Assembly: GCA_973895155.1 (NCBI GenBank)
Contig: OZ316891.1
Location: 15,159,037-15,223,036 of the forward strand
DNA: 64,000 nt
Direction: 5' to 3'
DNA from: Marsupella aquatica
Lineage: Eukaryota > Plantae > Marchantiophyta
Positions 26,064 through 38,819 of this stretch are shown here, piece by piece. How positions within the stretch are numbered: the stretch's first letter is position 1; the number at the start of each line of letters is the position of its first letter. Below the pieces are notes generated by a model. It was not told the DNA's origin, searched no databases, and saw only the letters and a list, made by a program, of their open reading frames with translations. A program made the position numbers and the translations under genes.

Positions 26064-28264
26064 TCTACAACTATAATAGGCAATCCTGCCATTTTTGTCC
26101 TTTGTCCCGTTACGAAATCCAGTATCGGTGGGAATCAGAATTGACCATTACATATTCTAGGGGATTTTTTGTATCCGTTAGATTGGGAGTTAGATCAGCA
26201 CTGGGCCTCCCTGCGAGGCCTCCCATGCCCTGCAATACAGTCGGTGTCATCATTATTAGTGTCACGCCTCACCTCTACGCCTGCACACCCCCCAAATCCA
26301 AGCCATCAATGAGAGGAGACCGTAGCCACCTCCAAAGCTCTGTACTCATCGGTCCAAAAGAGGAGTACTCCTCGCCACAGGTGCCACCACGGTTTGCCAG
26401 TAAGTTTCACGTCCTACCCTCCTCCACCCCTGACGTAGTGTGCTGACGTTTGCTCTCCTGCCTGGCAATCCCACTTCAAGATATCCCGTAGAGTGTAACA
26501 GGACTGATACTGATCCTGTACAAGACTGGTATTGAATGAAGGATTAGGTGCAGCAAACTAATCCTTCCACAAATGAGCAAGTCTACAAAATTCAAAATCT
26601 GTGAGAAAATGTACAGGGAGAATGTACCATAGGACAGTCCATGTCAAGAAATGATTGGATAGCATGCAGGGAAGGTACATAAGTAATTAATTGATTTCTC
26701 CCGGGAGGGGTCAATGCATAATAGTACGTAGGAGAGGGAGGAGTTAGGAGGGAAAGCTAGGAGCCAAGGAATAAAAGGATAGAAATGTAAAAAAAGAAAA
26801 AAGGTTGTGTGAAAGAAGAGAAATGGGCACTTTGACAAAGAATTGGGGAAATTGCAAAATAATTGGGTACAGGAAAAGGAAGGCTAATGAAAACATTGTT
26901 AGGCTAAATTGTTAGGGCTAAAAATTATTCATTTATTTGCTCATAAAAAATTCTGACCCAAATCTTGCCAAAGGTCCAAGTGTCTAATTCTTCCTATTGG
27001 CACCTTGCACCCTCCACTTTTGAGTCTATTTTTACAACATATCCATACACACATGTTGTGCAATGACAAAAATTTTGGACATATATATTTTTGACACTAG
27101 AAACACTCTCTGATAAAAAGACTTCCACATCATTGCAACACAATTCCGCCAACAATAGTAGAGTTTGAGAATTTTTAAAATAACTTTGTTTTCTACTCCC
27201 TATCTTTTTCTTCTCTTTATTTAATTGCACTGAATGGAAGAAAGGGGGCAGAAGGCAATGGCAAGGGAGGGAAGACATACGAAAAAAGGTGGAGGGGAAA
27301 AATAAAAAGGTTCTTCTCCACATAGCATATATCATGCAACCACACCTCGACCCTACAAAGCCCCACTGACCATTGTCTCTCTTGCCCTCCTAGGCTGTCG
27401 CCCTCCCCAACAACATCAATGCCTTTTTCTAATATAATAAAATTTCAAAATGAGGGGGGACCGTTTTTACAATTTTATTTGTTTTACCTTTGTTAGAGAA
27501 CAATCTTATTTTTTGTTATTCCAACTAAACTTCCTCAGTTACCTCAATGTTGCTACGCTTTCCTTCACATTCACATCTTTCCCTTACCTTCACATGATGG
27601 TTTTCTTTCTCCTTGGCATCATATCTTCACCTCAACACCTTTTTCTCACTTTGATTTCTTTTTTTCTCCTCAAAATCTTTTCCTCACTTTGACATCTTTT
27701 TCTCTCCTCGACATCTTTCCCTCCTCCACATCTTTTTCTTACCTTGATCTCTTTTTCTCACCTCGACGACTTTTCATCACCTTGACATCTTCTGTGCAAT
27801 GCACGGGCATTGGGTTGCCTTCCCTCTACATCTTTGTCTTGCCTTCAGTTGACACATTTTTCTCACCTAGGCATCTTTTCTCTCCTTCCTATATTTTCTC
27901 ATCTTGGTTTCCTCTCCTTGACATCATTTGTTCTCCTCGATATCTTTTCTCATCTAGACATCTTGCCATCTTTTTCTCACCTTGACATCTTCATCTTATC
28001 ACGACATATTTTCTAGAAAGAACTTCATTTTTTCACCTTTACATCTTTCTCTCACCTTGCCGTCTTTTCTCTCCTTGACATATTTTCTCATCTCAACTTC
28101 TTTTCCTCACGTCAACATACATCGTTTTCTCCCATTGACACCTTTTCTCACCTCAACATCTTTCCTCTCCTTGAGATCTTGCCCTCGCCTTGAATTCTAT
28201 GTCTCTCCTCAAGATCTTGCACTCACCTCAAAATCTTTCGTGCAACGCACGGGCACGGGGCTAG
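26064..28264 (+). mobile_element. Non-autonomous Helitron
   Basis: 3' end cgtgcaacgcacg hairpin followed by ggcacggggCTAG|T at 28261-28265; candidate 5' end A|TCTACAACTATAATAG at 26064; no TSD; interrupts the tandem repeat; pyrimidine-rich ~20-bp minisatellite (ctcgacatctttt) 27540-28235; extra degenerate 3' end at ~27793. 5' boundary less certain (alternative tctaatataataaaa at 27428). Confidence 0.7.
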
Positions 28265-28579
28265 TTGATACATAATATACCATCTTCCTTTCCATGCCCA
28301 TCCTTCTTTCCATGAGCATAACCTTTGGTGGGGCCCTAGAGTCACAGTCTTGAGTCTTCACTCTAGGAGCCTAGACCCCAAGTCTAAGAGTGAGATGACA
28401 AATTTGTCAAACTTGTGGGCACAATGTACCTACGTGGTATATGGCATTTCCATATGCCCTGGCCCACTCCTTTCACTCCTGCCCACATGCAAGACTTTAC
28501 GTCCAACTCTCCCTAGATACTCGTTCCAGATCCAATTCTAGAGGCAGTCCCTCATCTTACGTTTCAATTGCACTGTATT

Positions 28580-28960
28580 AGGGGGCTTTACAAGAACTTG
28601 GCATCAACAATCTTGTTTTCTATGTGTGGGATGCAATCCTAGCTATTCAAATGTAGGTACAAGCCAAACTTCATTTTACATGAACTTGAGGGCACAATCA
28701 GGCAAAAACATTGTGAATCCTAGTCATCTGCAAGTGGTTCCCTTGTTTGCTGATGTGTGCATGTTTCTTTGTCAGAAACTTAGACCTCCTCTTGAGGTTG
28801 CCTAAAGGAATGGACCAGCTGCAATTTTCATTTGGGGTCTTTGCATTTATTATCTCCATACATGACACATTGGCTCAAGAATCTTTGGTGTGTGCAATTG
28901 GCTCTTTGCTTTGGATGGAGATAAACTGAACAGCCCTCATGTCTTGTAAATCCCCCTTTA
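28580..28960. repeat. Dispersed diverged repeat, paralogous to ~30255-30760
   Basis: Shared ggctttacaaga, gatgcaatc, cacaatca.gcaaaa, gatgtgtgcatg.tt.tttgtc..aa.ttagacctcctcttg.gg, catcttgtaaa. Second copy carries a 79-bp tandem duplication at ~30606-30760. Confidence 0.65.
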
Positions 28961-29709
28961 GATAAAGTTCCCTATAATTGAAAAGAAAAAGTATTAACGT
29001 TTTAATTGAACTTTATTAGATAGATTTCCAGATAATTGCATAGAAAAGATGTCAACTATTCTGGAATGGTTGAGACAAAATTTTGGAAAGCATTTTGCAA
29101 AAACTTGGAACAAACAATTGAAATCAGTTTTACATTTACATTGTTCTAACATAAAATTCATTTCTAGATAATGAGAATATTAAGCCCCAATGGACCACTG
29201 GGTTTGTTGTGAAGCCCCAATGGATTTTTAAAGCTGGGGATGGACTCAAAATATCAAAAAGTACTTTGATAACACTCTTTACAATTTTGATCCAATGGTA
29301 ACTTGTAATTGGACTCCTGACTGTTTGCAACCAATTTCCATTAGTGTAAGTCATTGCTCATGCACAGATTACTTATGGCGTCCTTTACAAAAGCAAAATG
29401 TCGCGCCCCAAAGTGATAAGTGGCTGCTCGTGCCCAAATTACTCAAGGTGTACTTCACTAAAGTGATGTGCCCTTCCCCAAACTGGAAAGTCATTGCTAA
29501 TGCACAAACTACTAAGGGCATCCTTCACAAAGTAAGCCATCCGTTGACAGTTGGATTAATATTTGTCCATTTTCACACTTATTGGCAGCGGAGTGAATGA
29601 TCTTAGAAAAAATCAGTGGACGGAAAATAACATGCTGTACAATTTTGAGCTTAAATTGAGATCCAAAATTTATCCAGATAATGTAGAGGTTAATTCAGTC
29701 TTGGATGGA

Positions 29710-29950
29710 ACTATGGTCAGTATGTTAACTAGGGGTTTGCTCTAAGTTGAAGAGATTGTTCCTTACTCTCCAAGTTCTAAATGGTGTGAAAACACACAAA
29801 AGAGAGTTCTCAAGAGAGCACAAAGCATATAGCAAGAGGGAAGAGTTTGAAGAGAAATAACTATGGTGATGCTCAAGTAGACACATAACTGTTAGTAAAG
29901 CTTTGTCATCCCGTGGATGTTGTCAACCTTGAGGCAAACCATGTAACAAT
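29710..29950 (+). mobile_element. Highly decayed copia-like LTR fragment
   Basis: gtaaagctttgtcatcccgtggatgttgtcaaccttgaggcaaaccatgta resembles the copia LTR motif gtaaagctctcttgtgtgttcccgtggatgtagcctcgaggaggtgaaccac. Boundaries undefined. Confidence 0.35.
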
Positions 29951-30883
29951 TGAGCAACTGCCTATGGCCTGGAGTGTTTACCTGATCTGAATTCTCCCCT
30001 CAAATAATGTACAGGTCTTTTTTAAATGAGTTAGTGTGAATTTTGGGTGTGAAGTGAGACTGAGTGCTCATTGCAGAGTCCATGGGGATTTGAAAAACAA
30101 ATTAGTGTGTCCATCCAAACATTTATGGTCACTGGAAATTGAAAGGAATAAATATTGCCTCGTTCAGTCTTTGAGCACAGCATGCCTGCCCTGATTGTGT
30201 TGTAGATTACTTCGCTGCCATAAGTCCGCGACAATGATGTTGCTATCATCTTCTTAGGGTGGCTTTACAAGATTTTGGGGCAACATGCAGTTACTTATTC
30301 CAAGTGTGAGATGCAATCTCAGCCATTCATATGTGGGAACAGGCCACACTTCACTTTACAAGAACTTGGGGGCACAATCAAGCAAAACCATTACCTAACC
30401 TAGTCCTTTGTCGGCGGGCTTGTTGTGGGTCCCTTTTTTGGATGTGTGCATGCTTTTTTGTCCAAAATTTAGACCTCCTCTTGTGGTGGCCTAAACAACT
30501 GGTGCAAATGGCCACTTGTTTTCAAGGGATTGTTTTGATTACTTCCACACCTGCCACATTTTGGCTCAGACATTTTAACTTTTGTGTAGGAAGTAACCAT
30601 CAGCTTGCTGTGGATGGGGGAACCATTGAACGGCCCCCACCATCTTGTAAAGCACCCCTTCCTGCAGTGAAGGCCAGAGTGCTTATGAGCTTTGCTGTGG
30701 ATGGGGAACCATTGAACTGCCCCCACCATCTTGTAAAGTCCCCCTTCCGGCAGTGAAGGCTAGAGTGCTAATGTTGGTGCTGTGAGATTCATTTTTGGAG
30801 CAGTTTTGGAGATATATGCATGATGAACCCCCGAAATCAAATTTGTTACGATGGGTCTCCTCAATAATCCGTACTCTTGAAAG

Positions 30884-31281
30884 CCAGGTTTAACCTGATG
30901 GGCAAGTTTACGGCTTGCTGGGCACATAAAACCGTCAAATGACGGTCCCAAAACAGCCAGTTTGACGTATATTCCTCGATATTCCCCCGGACTTCTGACC
31001 TGACCTGGCTCCCGACCCGCCCGGACCCTACCCCAGCCCACCCAAACCCAGCCCGGACCCGGCCTCCCGAACTCCTCCCGAACCCCTACCAAAATGCCTC
31101 CCCAACCTCCCGAACTCCTCCCGAACCCCTACCAAAATGCCTCCCCAACCTCCCGAACCCCTCCCGAACGCAGCCTCCCAAACCCCTCTCTAGCCTCCTG
31201 AACCCATCCTAAACCCCGACTCCAGGAGACCGGGCAACTGGGTTTATGGATTTACAGTTTGACTGGCAAGGTCAAACAGGG
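30884..31281. mobile_element. MITE family A, 398 bp, 13-bp TIR ~CCCGGTTTRACCT
   Basis: Perfect 8-bp TSD cttgaaag (30876-30883, 31282-31289); ends ccaggtttaacct / aggtcaaacaggg; C-rich core with 43-bp tandem duplication (~31063-31157). Confidence 0.88.
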
Positions 31282-33350
31282 CTTGAAAGACCTGGATATA
31301 CCTTAAATCATCATACCCAAGACTTCATGGGGTCGGTAGGGTCCTTGATAGACCTTGATGTACATTACATCAACATACCCAAAACTTCATGGGGTGGGTA
31401 GGGCCCTGGGAGCAAAGTTTCGTTTGGTGGTCCTTCAAGCAAATTTCTGCCTCGGAAAATTCCACCCAGTAGAGCATACTGACATACAAATTTTGCTATC
31501 GGTCTGGCGTGCTCTTCTAGTGAGATTGTTTTTGCCTCGAAAAATTGCAGTGAAGCAGAATGACGGTGAATTGCTGCCGCTCTGTCAGCTTCCTGGTGAG
31601 TTTTTTGACCTCAAAAAAATTCCAGTGAAACGGACTGATGAGTTGCTTTTGCTGTGTCACCTATTCCTAGCGAGTTTTCTTTTGCCTCGAAAATTTCAGT
31701 GGAACGGAACGACGACGAGATTTTGCTATCACTCTGTCACGTCCTTCCTCCCGTGACAGCAACCCATATCAAAAGATATGCTATCGCTTCTGTTTGTCTC
31801 GGTGCCTTGATGACAGGGCGAGGAGAAAGTACAATTGCCTCCTCTGAGATGGTCATTTGTTTTTTCTCTTGTTCAGTCACCACAAAGAAAGGAGAGCAAA
31901 TTGCCATTTTGTAATCGAGAGAAAAGAGATTTCAGGAATCGGGAGAAGAATCTACACTGCTTTCCACGAGCGAAATACAAAAAGCCCATCTTGCAGCCTC
32001 GTTCATACCTGTTATCTTTTTCTGCGCCCAAATGCAGAGTTCGCAAAACAGTCGAATGTGTCAAAACAATCGAATGTGTCATTTGCAGTGAGATCGCCGC
32101 CAATGCATATCGCATTCAGTTTCAATTCAAGAAATATCCCAAAAGACTCTGAAAGTCGACCTTCGTGCTCCTGGATCTGAGCGACCAAGATCTGTAAAGG
32201 TTGTCAATTTTCGATCTCACGACGTCCCGCCGAAAAAGTGAAAAATCCACAAAACAAGCGGCTTTCACAAGCCACAACGTTGCTTCTGATAAGGAGCACA
32301 AAATGGAACCACAGCACTCACTTTTCTCCCTGGTTAGGAGTGTCCATCATGCTACCGCAAACTCACAATGAGATATTTTGACGTTTTGACCTTCTCGATG
32401 GTAAACCGAGATCGTCAGTACTGTAAGACGAATCAGATTCGGCATAAGTACCTTCGACAATCGCAAGGGCCGAGGATTCCGAGCCGTAGTTTCACGGCAT
32501 GGATGGACTAGCAAGCAGCGCCTCCTTGATGAATACGAAATAGAGAGGGTGTGCGATCTAATGAGACCGTTAAAGTATAGGCCAGCATTTTCTACACGGT
32601 CGCATTCAAATTCGGAGAACCAAACCTGACCTACCTCTAAAGTAACGAGGTGCCAACCTGGACTCACTCGCATGTGAAAGGTGATCGGAGTACAATTCAC
32701 CAACTTACCGTACAAAACACAATCGCTGAGCCATTTCGCTATACTCAAAGGCATACGCTTGGAGGTAAAGATGGGAAGTCACAATAAAGTATCCAACCTG
32801 CCTTTTCCAGTTCCATCAAAGCACCTTCCGACAGTTCTCCTTACACAAGATTGGACGAATCAAATGGTGCGGGTGGAACGACCCGGAGCAGAACTCGGGC
32901 AGAATCAGTTCGACGACATTGCACCAACAGGCCGGTGTTCAAACCAGCACTGATATTCGACATGCACAAACAAGTCGATGAAAGCAATAGATAGGCTGCG
33001 GACTGCTAAGTTGAGCTGTAAACCCATTTGGCCCATGAGCCTTTACGGTGTTGTAGAACATGAGTGATATAATACAAACGGAAGTGGTTCCCTTGGCAGC
33101 ATACCAGAATTTGGTGACAGACAGTTGAGCCATGCATCAGGAAGTACTCTTCTGGAAAGCCGCAGCAGATACTAAGGAGGACCACCAAAGCTTGGTCACC
33201 TTCTTCCATGCCTCCAAACAGACAGTAGTAGCTCTATCTGAACAGCTAACCCACAAAAGCAACTGTTCCGCTGCAAATTCTGCTCCCCACCAGATTGGGC
33301 TCAGGCCCGACATGACTCGACTCTAAATTACCCCTATATGCGTCAACCGA

Positions 33351-34499
33351 TCAAATTTTATTCTTGTACCAGAGAATCCCTTTCTTATCAGGATCAGCCT
33401 CGACGTAGACGCATTCTTTTGTCTCTCGCCAAAGAGCCTTGAGGACGGGGGTGCCATCGAAGTGGTAATAATCTCCAAGGATGGGTTTCAAAAGCTTGGT
33501 CGCCTCTTGAGCGTGGTAGTGTGGCATCGTAGAGAAAATGTGATGGGCCACGTGAGTGTCGGTGATATGATGAAGGATATGATTGAGGAAACCATAATCC
33601 CGGTCCACAGTAGACAGAGCACCACGCAGCCAATCCCATTCTTTGGAGTCGTAGTGAGGCAGAGAAGCATGTGTGTGCTGGAGGAAGGTTATGAGAACCA
33701 GGAACCCATTCACAATGAGCAGGGGAACTGCATACACCTTCAAAAGCCAGAGGATTCCGAAAGCTTGTCCCAGTCCGTATAGACCGCAGCCAACAGTCAG
33801 TAATCCCAAATCACTCATGAAGATAAACTGCTTCTCCCTGCTGTTGAATATGGGAGCATTGGGATTGAAGTGGTTGGCAGGTCTGTCGTACTTCCTCCCA
33901 GACACGTTGAAAAGCAAGTATAAGGGCCATCCCATCGTGAGGGTCATAACAATGGAAAGAATCCTGCCAGGGGGACTTTCCGTAAGAAACTTTGGGGGCC
34001 TAACCGACTCTTTCGGCTTCGGAACGAACACTTCATCACGCTCAATGCTTGCGGTGTTGCTGTGATGCCGACGATGGCTATACTTCCAGGAGAAGTACGG
34101 CACGAGCAGACAAGAATGGAAGATGAAGCCAACCAGGTCATCCACCCACTCGTAGTCACTGAATGCGTGGTGACCACACTCATGTGCAATAACCCACACC
34201 CCTGTAGCGACACAACCCTGAGCAATCCAATATGCGACCCACAGAAAGCCGCCCAAAGCACCATCGACGTTCTGAATGTAAGTAGTGGCGTAAAAGAGAG
34301 CGCTGATGATGACAAGATCTGTGACGAGATACGATCCTGATCTTAGCAATGAACGTTTGAAGCAATGCGAAGGGAGAGCCTTCTTCAAATCACCCACGGT
34401 AAAAGGGGGCTTGGCAGTGGGAACGCGGCTGACTGCCGGCTCTTGAGCAGTCGTCCTTTTCGCCATCTCGGCAGGGTTCATTCTTCCACCAGCCCCCAT
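33351..34499 (-). CDS. FAD2: Microsomal omega-6 (delta-12) fatty acid desaturase, intronless CDS, 382 aa
   Basis: MGAGGRM start at 34499, KPPFTVGDLKKA, three His boxes HECGHH, HRRHH, HVAHH, C-terminal aromatic ER motif WYKNKI; intact ORF. Confidence 0.97.
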   Translation of the reverse strand: MGAGGRMNPAEMAKRTTAQEPAVSRVPTAKPPFTVGDLKKALPSHCFKRSLLRSGSYLVTDLVIISALFYATTYIQNVDGALGGFLWVAYWIAQGCVATGVWVIAHECGHHAFSDYEWVDDLVGFIFHSCLLVPYFSWKYSHRRHHSNTASIERDEVFVPKPKESVRPPKFLTESPPGRILSIVMTLTMGWPLYLLFNVSGRKYDRPANHFNPNAPIFNSREKQFIFMSDLGLLTVGCGLYGLGQAFGILWLLKVYAVPLLIVNGFLVLITFLQHTHASLPHYDSKEWDWLRGALSTVDRDYGFLNHILHHITDTHVAHHIFSTMPHYHAQEATKLLKPILGDYYHFDGTPVLKALWRETKECVYVEADPDKKGILWYKNKI

Positions 34500-34604
34500 T
34501 GCTTCGCTACTACTGCTCGAGACAAATGCTGCTGCTCCTCGATAGAAAAACTTGAACGCCACCTAAAGAATCATGGACGTCCTCCTTTTGTCCACCACTG
34601 AACC

Positions 34605-35381
34605 CTGCAGAAGTTGAAATCGCCCATTAATCAAGACAATATGCATGGGTATCCAAATGACATTGGCACTACTGTACGCATGTGAATCGCTCTTTGTTTT
34701 GCTGACATAAATCTCTGGCACAGGTTCTTCGGGGACGAGGGAGCTTGAACACCCTCCTCAACCTCTCCCCTGCGGCTCAATCGCTACAAGATTCGATGCA
34801 GCATTCAATTCGCTTCTGTTACAATCTAACCTGTCTCTCGTTCAGAAGAGATGGAATTCCAAACACATTCACTGAATTCTTTCCTTTTTCCGTTACTCAT
34901 CCCTTCTAAAGTTCCGATCAGAAGCCATCTCTCGGCCCACGTCCCGATGTCCAGAGCAGCAATTCCTTGTCTCTCTCTAAGCGCGTTGAGAAAGCGGAGT
35001 AATATTTCCCGTGTGCTGTGGTCCAACCATGATGTGCTTCTTGTCATCACAGATCAAGATCAAACAGCTTGCCATGTCCTTCGAACGCAATGATGTGCAA
35101 TCACACACTACGATGGTTTTAATCTGTCTGATTTCCTTTCCGTTGAAATACTAGAGCTGGACCTAGCTAAAATAAGTTCACGAGGAACAGAGTGGGAATG
35201 AACATCGCAATGCACTAGAAGGAAAAATCAAACAAGCCCCCTCGACACCATTTAGAAAGTAAAACAATCCGAGCAGTCCCAAACCGCCAACCTCACAAAG
35301 CATCATATGCATTAACAAAGAACAATGCTCAGCCTACCCACCAGAACACAAAGACAAGGAAAACAGAGCAATTATGCCTAC
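34605..35381 (-). promoter_or_regulatory. Probable FAD2 5'-UTR intron
   Basis: Donor G|GTAGGC at 35381 followed by a U-rich tract; acceptor ttctgcAG at 34605 (alternative tttAG at 34563). A 5'-UTR intron is an established feature of plant FAD2 genes. Confidence 0.55.
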
Positions 35382-35435
35382 CAATGCAACTTCAAAGCAC
35401 GATCCTGAGCCGAACGGAAAGCTCCACGACTAGCG

Positions 35436-35575
35436 GTCTTCTCAGTCTCCACTCCTCACAGTCTATCCTCGGTTTCCACGACGAGAGGTCTTCTCAGTCT
35501 CCACTCCTAACGCTCTATTCTCGGTTTCCACGACGAGCGTCCTCTCAGTCTCCACTCCTCACACTCTGTTCTCAG
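35436..35575. repeat. ~52-bp tandem repeat x2.6 in the presumed FAD2 leader exon
   Basis: tctcagtctccactcct occurs at ~35440, ~35492 and ~35543. Confidence 0.8.
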
Positions 35576-37858
35576 TTTCTGTCTGCTGCATTTCCTCGTC
35601 GCCTACGATCGTTACGCAGTGCAACACTGTAGTATGTACTCTCGTCTCCTCTTGCAACAGTTCTCAGGAAAGACGAAGATGCCAGAAGATTCTCCAGCAA
35701 TGTCGTGCGCTGAATAGAAAGTCCAAGCGGTGTCGTCATATGGTAGTAAGGCAAGAGCCATGAGGGCTGAGGCCGCGCGATGCAGCGATCTCGGCCGTCC
35801 AGTTGAGTTCTGTTCATCTATTATTGTATTCATCCTTTCACGGGAGCAGCCAATGCATGGAAGGCTCCGGGGCTCCGGAGCATACCGGACAAACCAAGGA
35901 TTCATTATTTCATATGAATGAAATTTTAAAATAATTTTAAAATAATTTTAAAATATAAATATATATATATGAATTATATCATTGTCTCAAAACAAAAGAC
36001 TCAAGCCATGGATTGCTACGTTGTCCCAACTATCCCATGCTCTCACAAGGGACATATCATTTTACATCTAATTATGAGATAGTCCAATTACAAATGGATG
36101 GTAAATTATGTCATTAATTATTTATCTAAATTTATTTTAATTTACAAATATTATGTGTTCATCTCGAAGTCAAATTGAGAAAGTAAATGAAATGAAGAGA
36201 TGCACATTTAAAATCTTCCCCAATGACAAAGTACTCAAAGTGTTCCTTGGAACAAGAATATTGTTCTCTAAAAAATGGTATTCATCAACAATATTTACCC
36301 AAAAAATTTCAAGTAATTCTATAACAATAAATTAGTCAAAACTATATATAACAAGAACAATGATCTCTGAAAAATAATATTCAACAACGATGCTTATGCA
36401 AACCAAAATTTCCTTTAGCTTCACAATGAAAAATTATTACAATCCTAGTAACAAGAGCAATGCTCTATAAAATACAAGATTATGTAAAAACATTTCTGAA
36501 AGTAGTATAGCCATTCTGCAAAGTGTCAATGCCCTACAATCTTAATAAAGTGTGTAGAAAAACACCAATCCATTTGTAAAAATTGAAGTTATTTGGGCTT
36601 TATATTTGCCCCACAGCCTCCTTGGTGGGAATTGTTTCTTTGGTCCATGAGTCATTGTGTTGTTTGTTTCCCCTTTAACGGGGCTTACAAGCATTAAAAT
36701 ATATTTTTGAGTAAATCAAGTCCATTTGATATTTTATCATTGAGCAATTACTTGAGGCAGTATGAGTAAAATGTGAAGCACTCAACATACTCAAAGCTTC
36801 ATGAACCATGAAGGCCAAATCAGGTGTTTATACAAAGACCTAAATGTACTTTATCTTTTATCTTTTTATTGAATTTTACAAAGTGGTTGGGAAGTACTTA
36901 TATTGAGGGAAAGACTATTGGGGAATGGAGAGAAGATTTCTATTAAAGTGTTCTGGCCACCGACAAAGTATCCTTAAGACAGAGTTAGTGACAAGGAAAG
37001 TATTTGGACAAAAGTGACAATTTGGTCATTGACACTATACTTTATGGACAGAAAAGTAAACACTAGTATCCTTGCATATTTTCATGTTTTAGCCCAGTCC
37101 TTCCGACTTTCATTTATCCATGGGGGCTTCATGGACAACCTATGGGTCCATCGGGGCTTTAAATCCCATTGTCTTTCGTCGCGTGCTTTTTTGATATCTA
37201 TTTTTCTGGACGTGTCATGTTTGTTCTGTTCTCGTCCCGTTCTCTTCTTCTACAAAACAGGGTGTGTCAAAGCTTCATAGTTTTTTTCTTCTTCTTTTTG
37301 CCTTTTTCAAAGAAGGGAGAGGAACAAAGACTCAAACACCACATTGCACGTTTGAGCTTCACCACATACTTAGGGTTAAGGGTTAAATTCATTCACCACA
37401 TGCGGCCAGTCCATCGGGTATGTTGCTCCTAACTCTGCAGTGAAGCTCATCTTTGTCGATCCATGTCGGCTGTGGTCCATGCCCATAAGTCGGCAATCTG
37501 CTTGATATTACGCATAGCCAGGTATCTCCTCAATGCACCCCTTCCGGTTCAGTCAACAGAGTAGTGCTAGTAGGGCGTCTCAAATATGGAATTTTTTTGG
37601 ATCTTTCGGGATGCCCGCGAGGCACTCGGGTCACCCGCAAATCGCTCCTACCGGGAAAATATCTCGGAGGGTAACTCAAATATGAGACGGGTCGCGGGTG
37701 AGTGTGCATCTGGGTTTCTACCTAACTGCGTGGTGGGTGCTTATGCAACTGTGTTTCTGCCTAACTGTGGTTAACCAAACGCAGACAACATCGACACATC
37801 ACTATGCTCTCCCCCCTCAGCATTTTGAACGCGCCGACAACAATTACAAGCTCCATGA

Positions 37859-38818
37859 ATGCTTTGGACGAATGCAGCGACATTTGAAATTGGAATTCCC
37901 TCGCGACATCTTGGGGCTGAGCCTGAATTCCGTAGGATTGACATTACAGCAAAAATGGCTAGCAGAATGGGCATTTCTGAGGTGAACCACAATTTAGGTA
38001 AATTCATATTGTTTGTCGTTCTCCTGAAGAGCATCATGTGTGATGATCAATTTTCCCTGCCCAGACTTTGGATGTGTGTCGAAATTGGATTGTACGCAAA
38101 ATCAACATTCTGCGATTACATAATTTGGTTTGAACTTGTACTCTCTGTAGCTGACCCCAATTCTCAGTTTGCTCAAACCATGTCCGAGGATGAGGGCCAA
38201 GGCAGTCGACCTCCTGTTGGCGGTGATAGCTCAGTAGATGAATCGCTGCCTGATACTCCAACTAAGCCCCAATCTCAACCTGCATCCAATTGTCCCATTG
38301 TTGAAGAACCAATCCCAACTCCAGCTTTCACCCCAACATTTGCACCCACACGACCACAAGGCAGGAGCAGAGGCACATCATCTGCCCATCCAACCATCAC
38401 ACATGAGCGAGGTACTCAACGACCTAGGCAAGGCAATAGGCCATCACCCACGCAGGCCAGCTCTAGGCCCAATCTAGCTGAGGTCTATGCTGAGAAATTG
38501 CAACAAGAGAAGAATGCTTTCAAGATTCAGATGATCGATGCAAGGGATAGATGGAAAGCTCAAGAAATTGCTGACAGGAAAGAGGCAAGAGATGCAGAAG
38601 CATTCAGGGAAAAGATCTTGCAGGATGCCAAATCTGCAGACTTGGCTAAAAGGGATCGAATTCAACGCAGACAAGAAGAAAAACGAGCAAGAATTGACCT
38701 TCATCATCAACTGGCTATCATCAAAGCCCAGCAAGCGACACTGCTGTTGACGGAGGTTCTCAAGCAAGATAAGGGGCCTCCATCTTCTAAAGTATTCTCT
38801 CAAACATTTCCATTCTAA
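37859..38818 (+). CDS. Harbinger-borne accessory ORF: Pro/Ser-rich region plus charged coiled-coil; likely real exon from ~38151
   Basis: 319-aa ORF; from MSEDEGQGSRPP it has protein-like composition (EKLQQEKNAFKIQMIDARDRWKAQE..RRQEEKRAR); acceptor tctctgtAG at 38149-38150. Convergent with the transposase. No Myb/SANT motif recognised. Confidence 0.5.
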   Translation: MLWTNAATFEIGIPSRHLGAEPEFRRIDITAKMASRMGISEVNHNLGKFILFVVLLKSIMCDDQFSLPRLWMCVEIGLYAKSTFCDYIIWFELVLSVADPNSQFAQTMSEDEGQGSRPPVGGDSSVDESLPDTPTKPQSQPASNCPIVEEPIPTPAFTPTFAPTRPQGRSRGTSSAHPTITHERGTQRPRQGNRPSPTQASSRPNLAEVYAEKLQQEKNAFKIQMIDARDRWKAQEIADRKEARDAEAFREKILQDAKSADLAKRDRIQRRQEEKRARIDLHHQLAIIKAQQATLLLTEVLKQDKGPPSSKVFSQTFPF

Positions 38819-38819
38819 A

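Noticed and set aside
31355-33340. Cluster of ORFs downstream of FAD2
   Set aside because: No domain recognised; partly degenerate repeats and probable 3' UTR.
34500-34562. N-terminal extension of FAD2 in the ORF track
   Set aside because: Starts at GTG; conserved MGAGGRM start at 34499 is the expected initiator.
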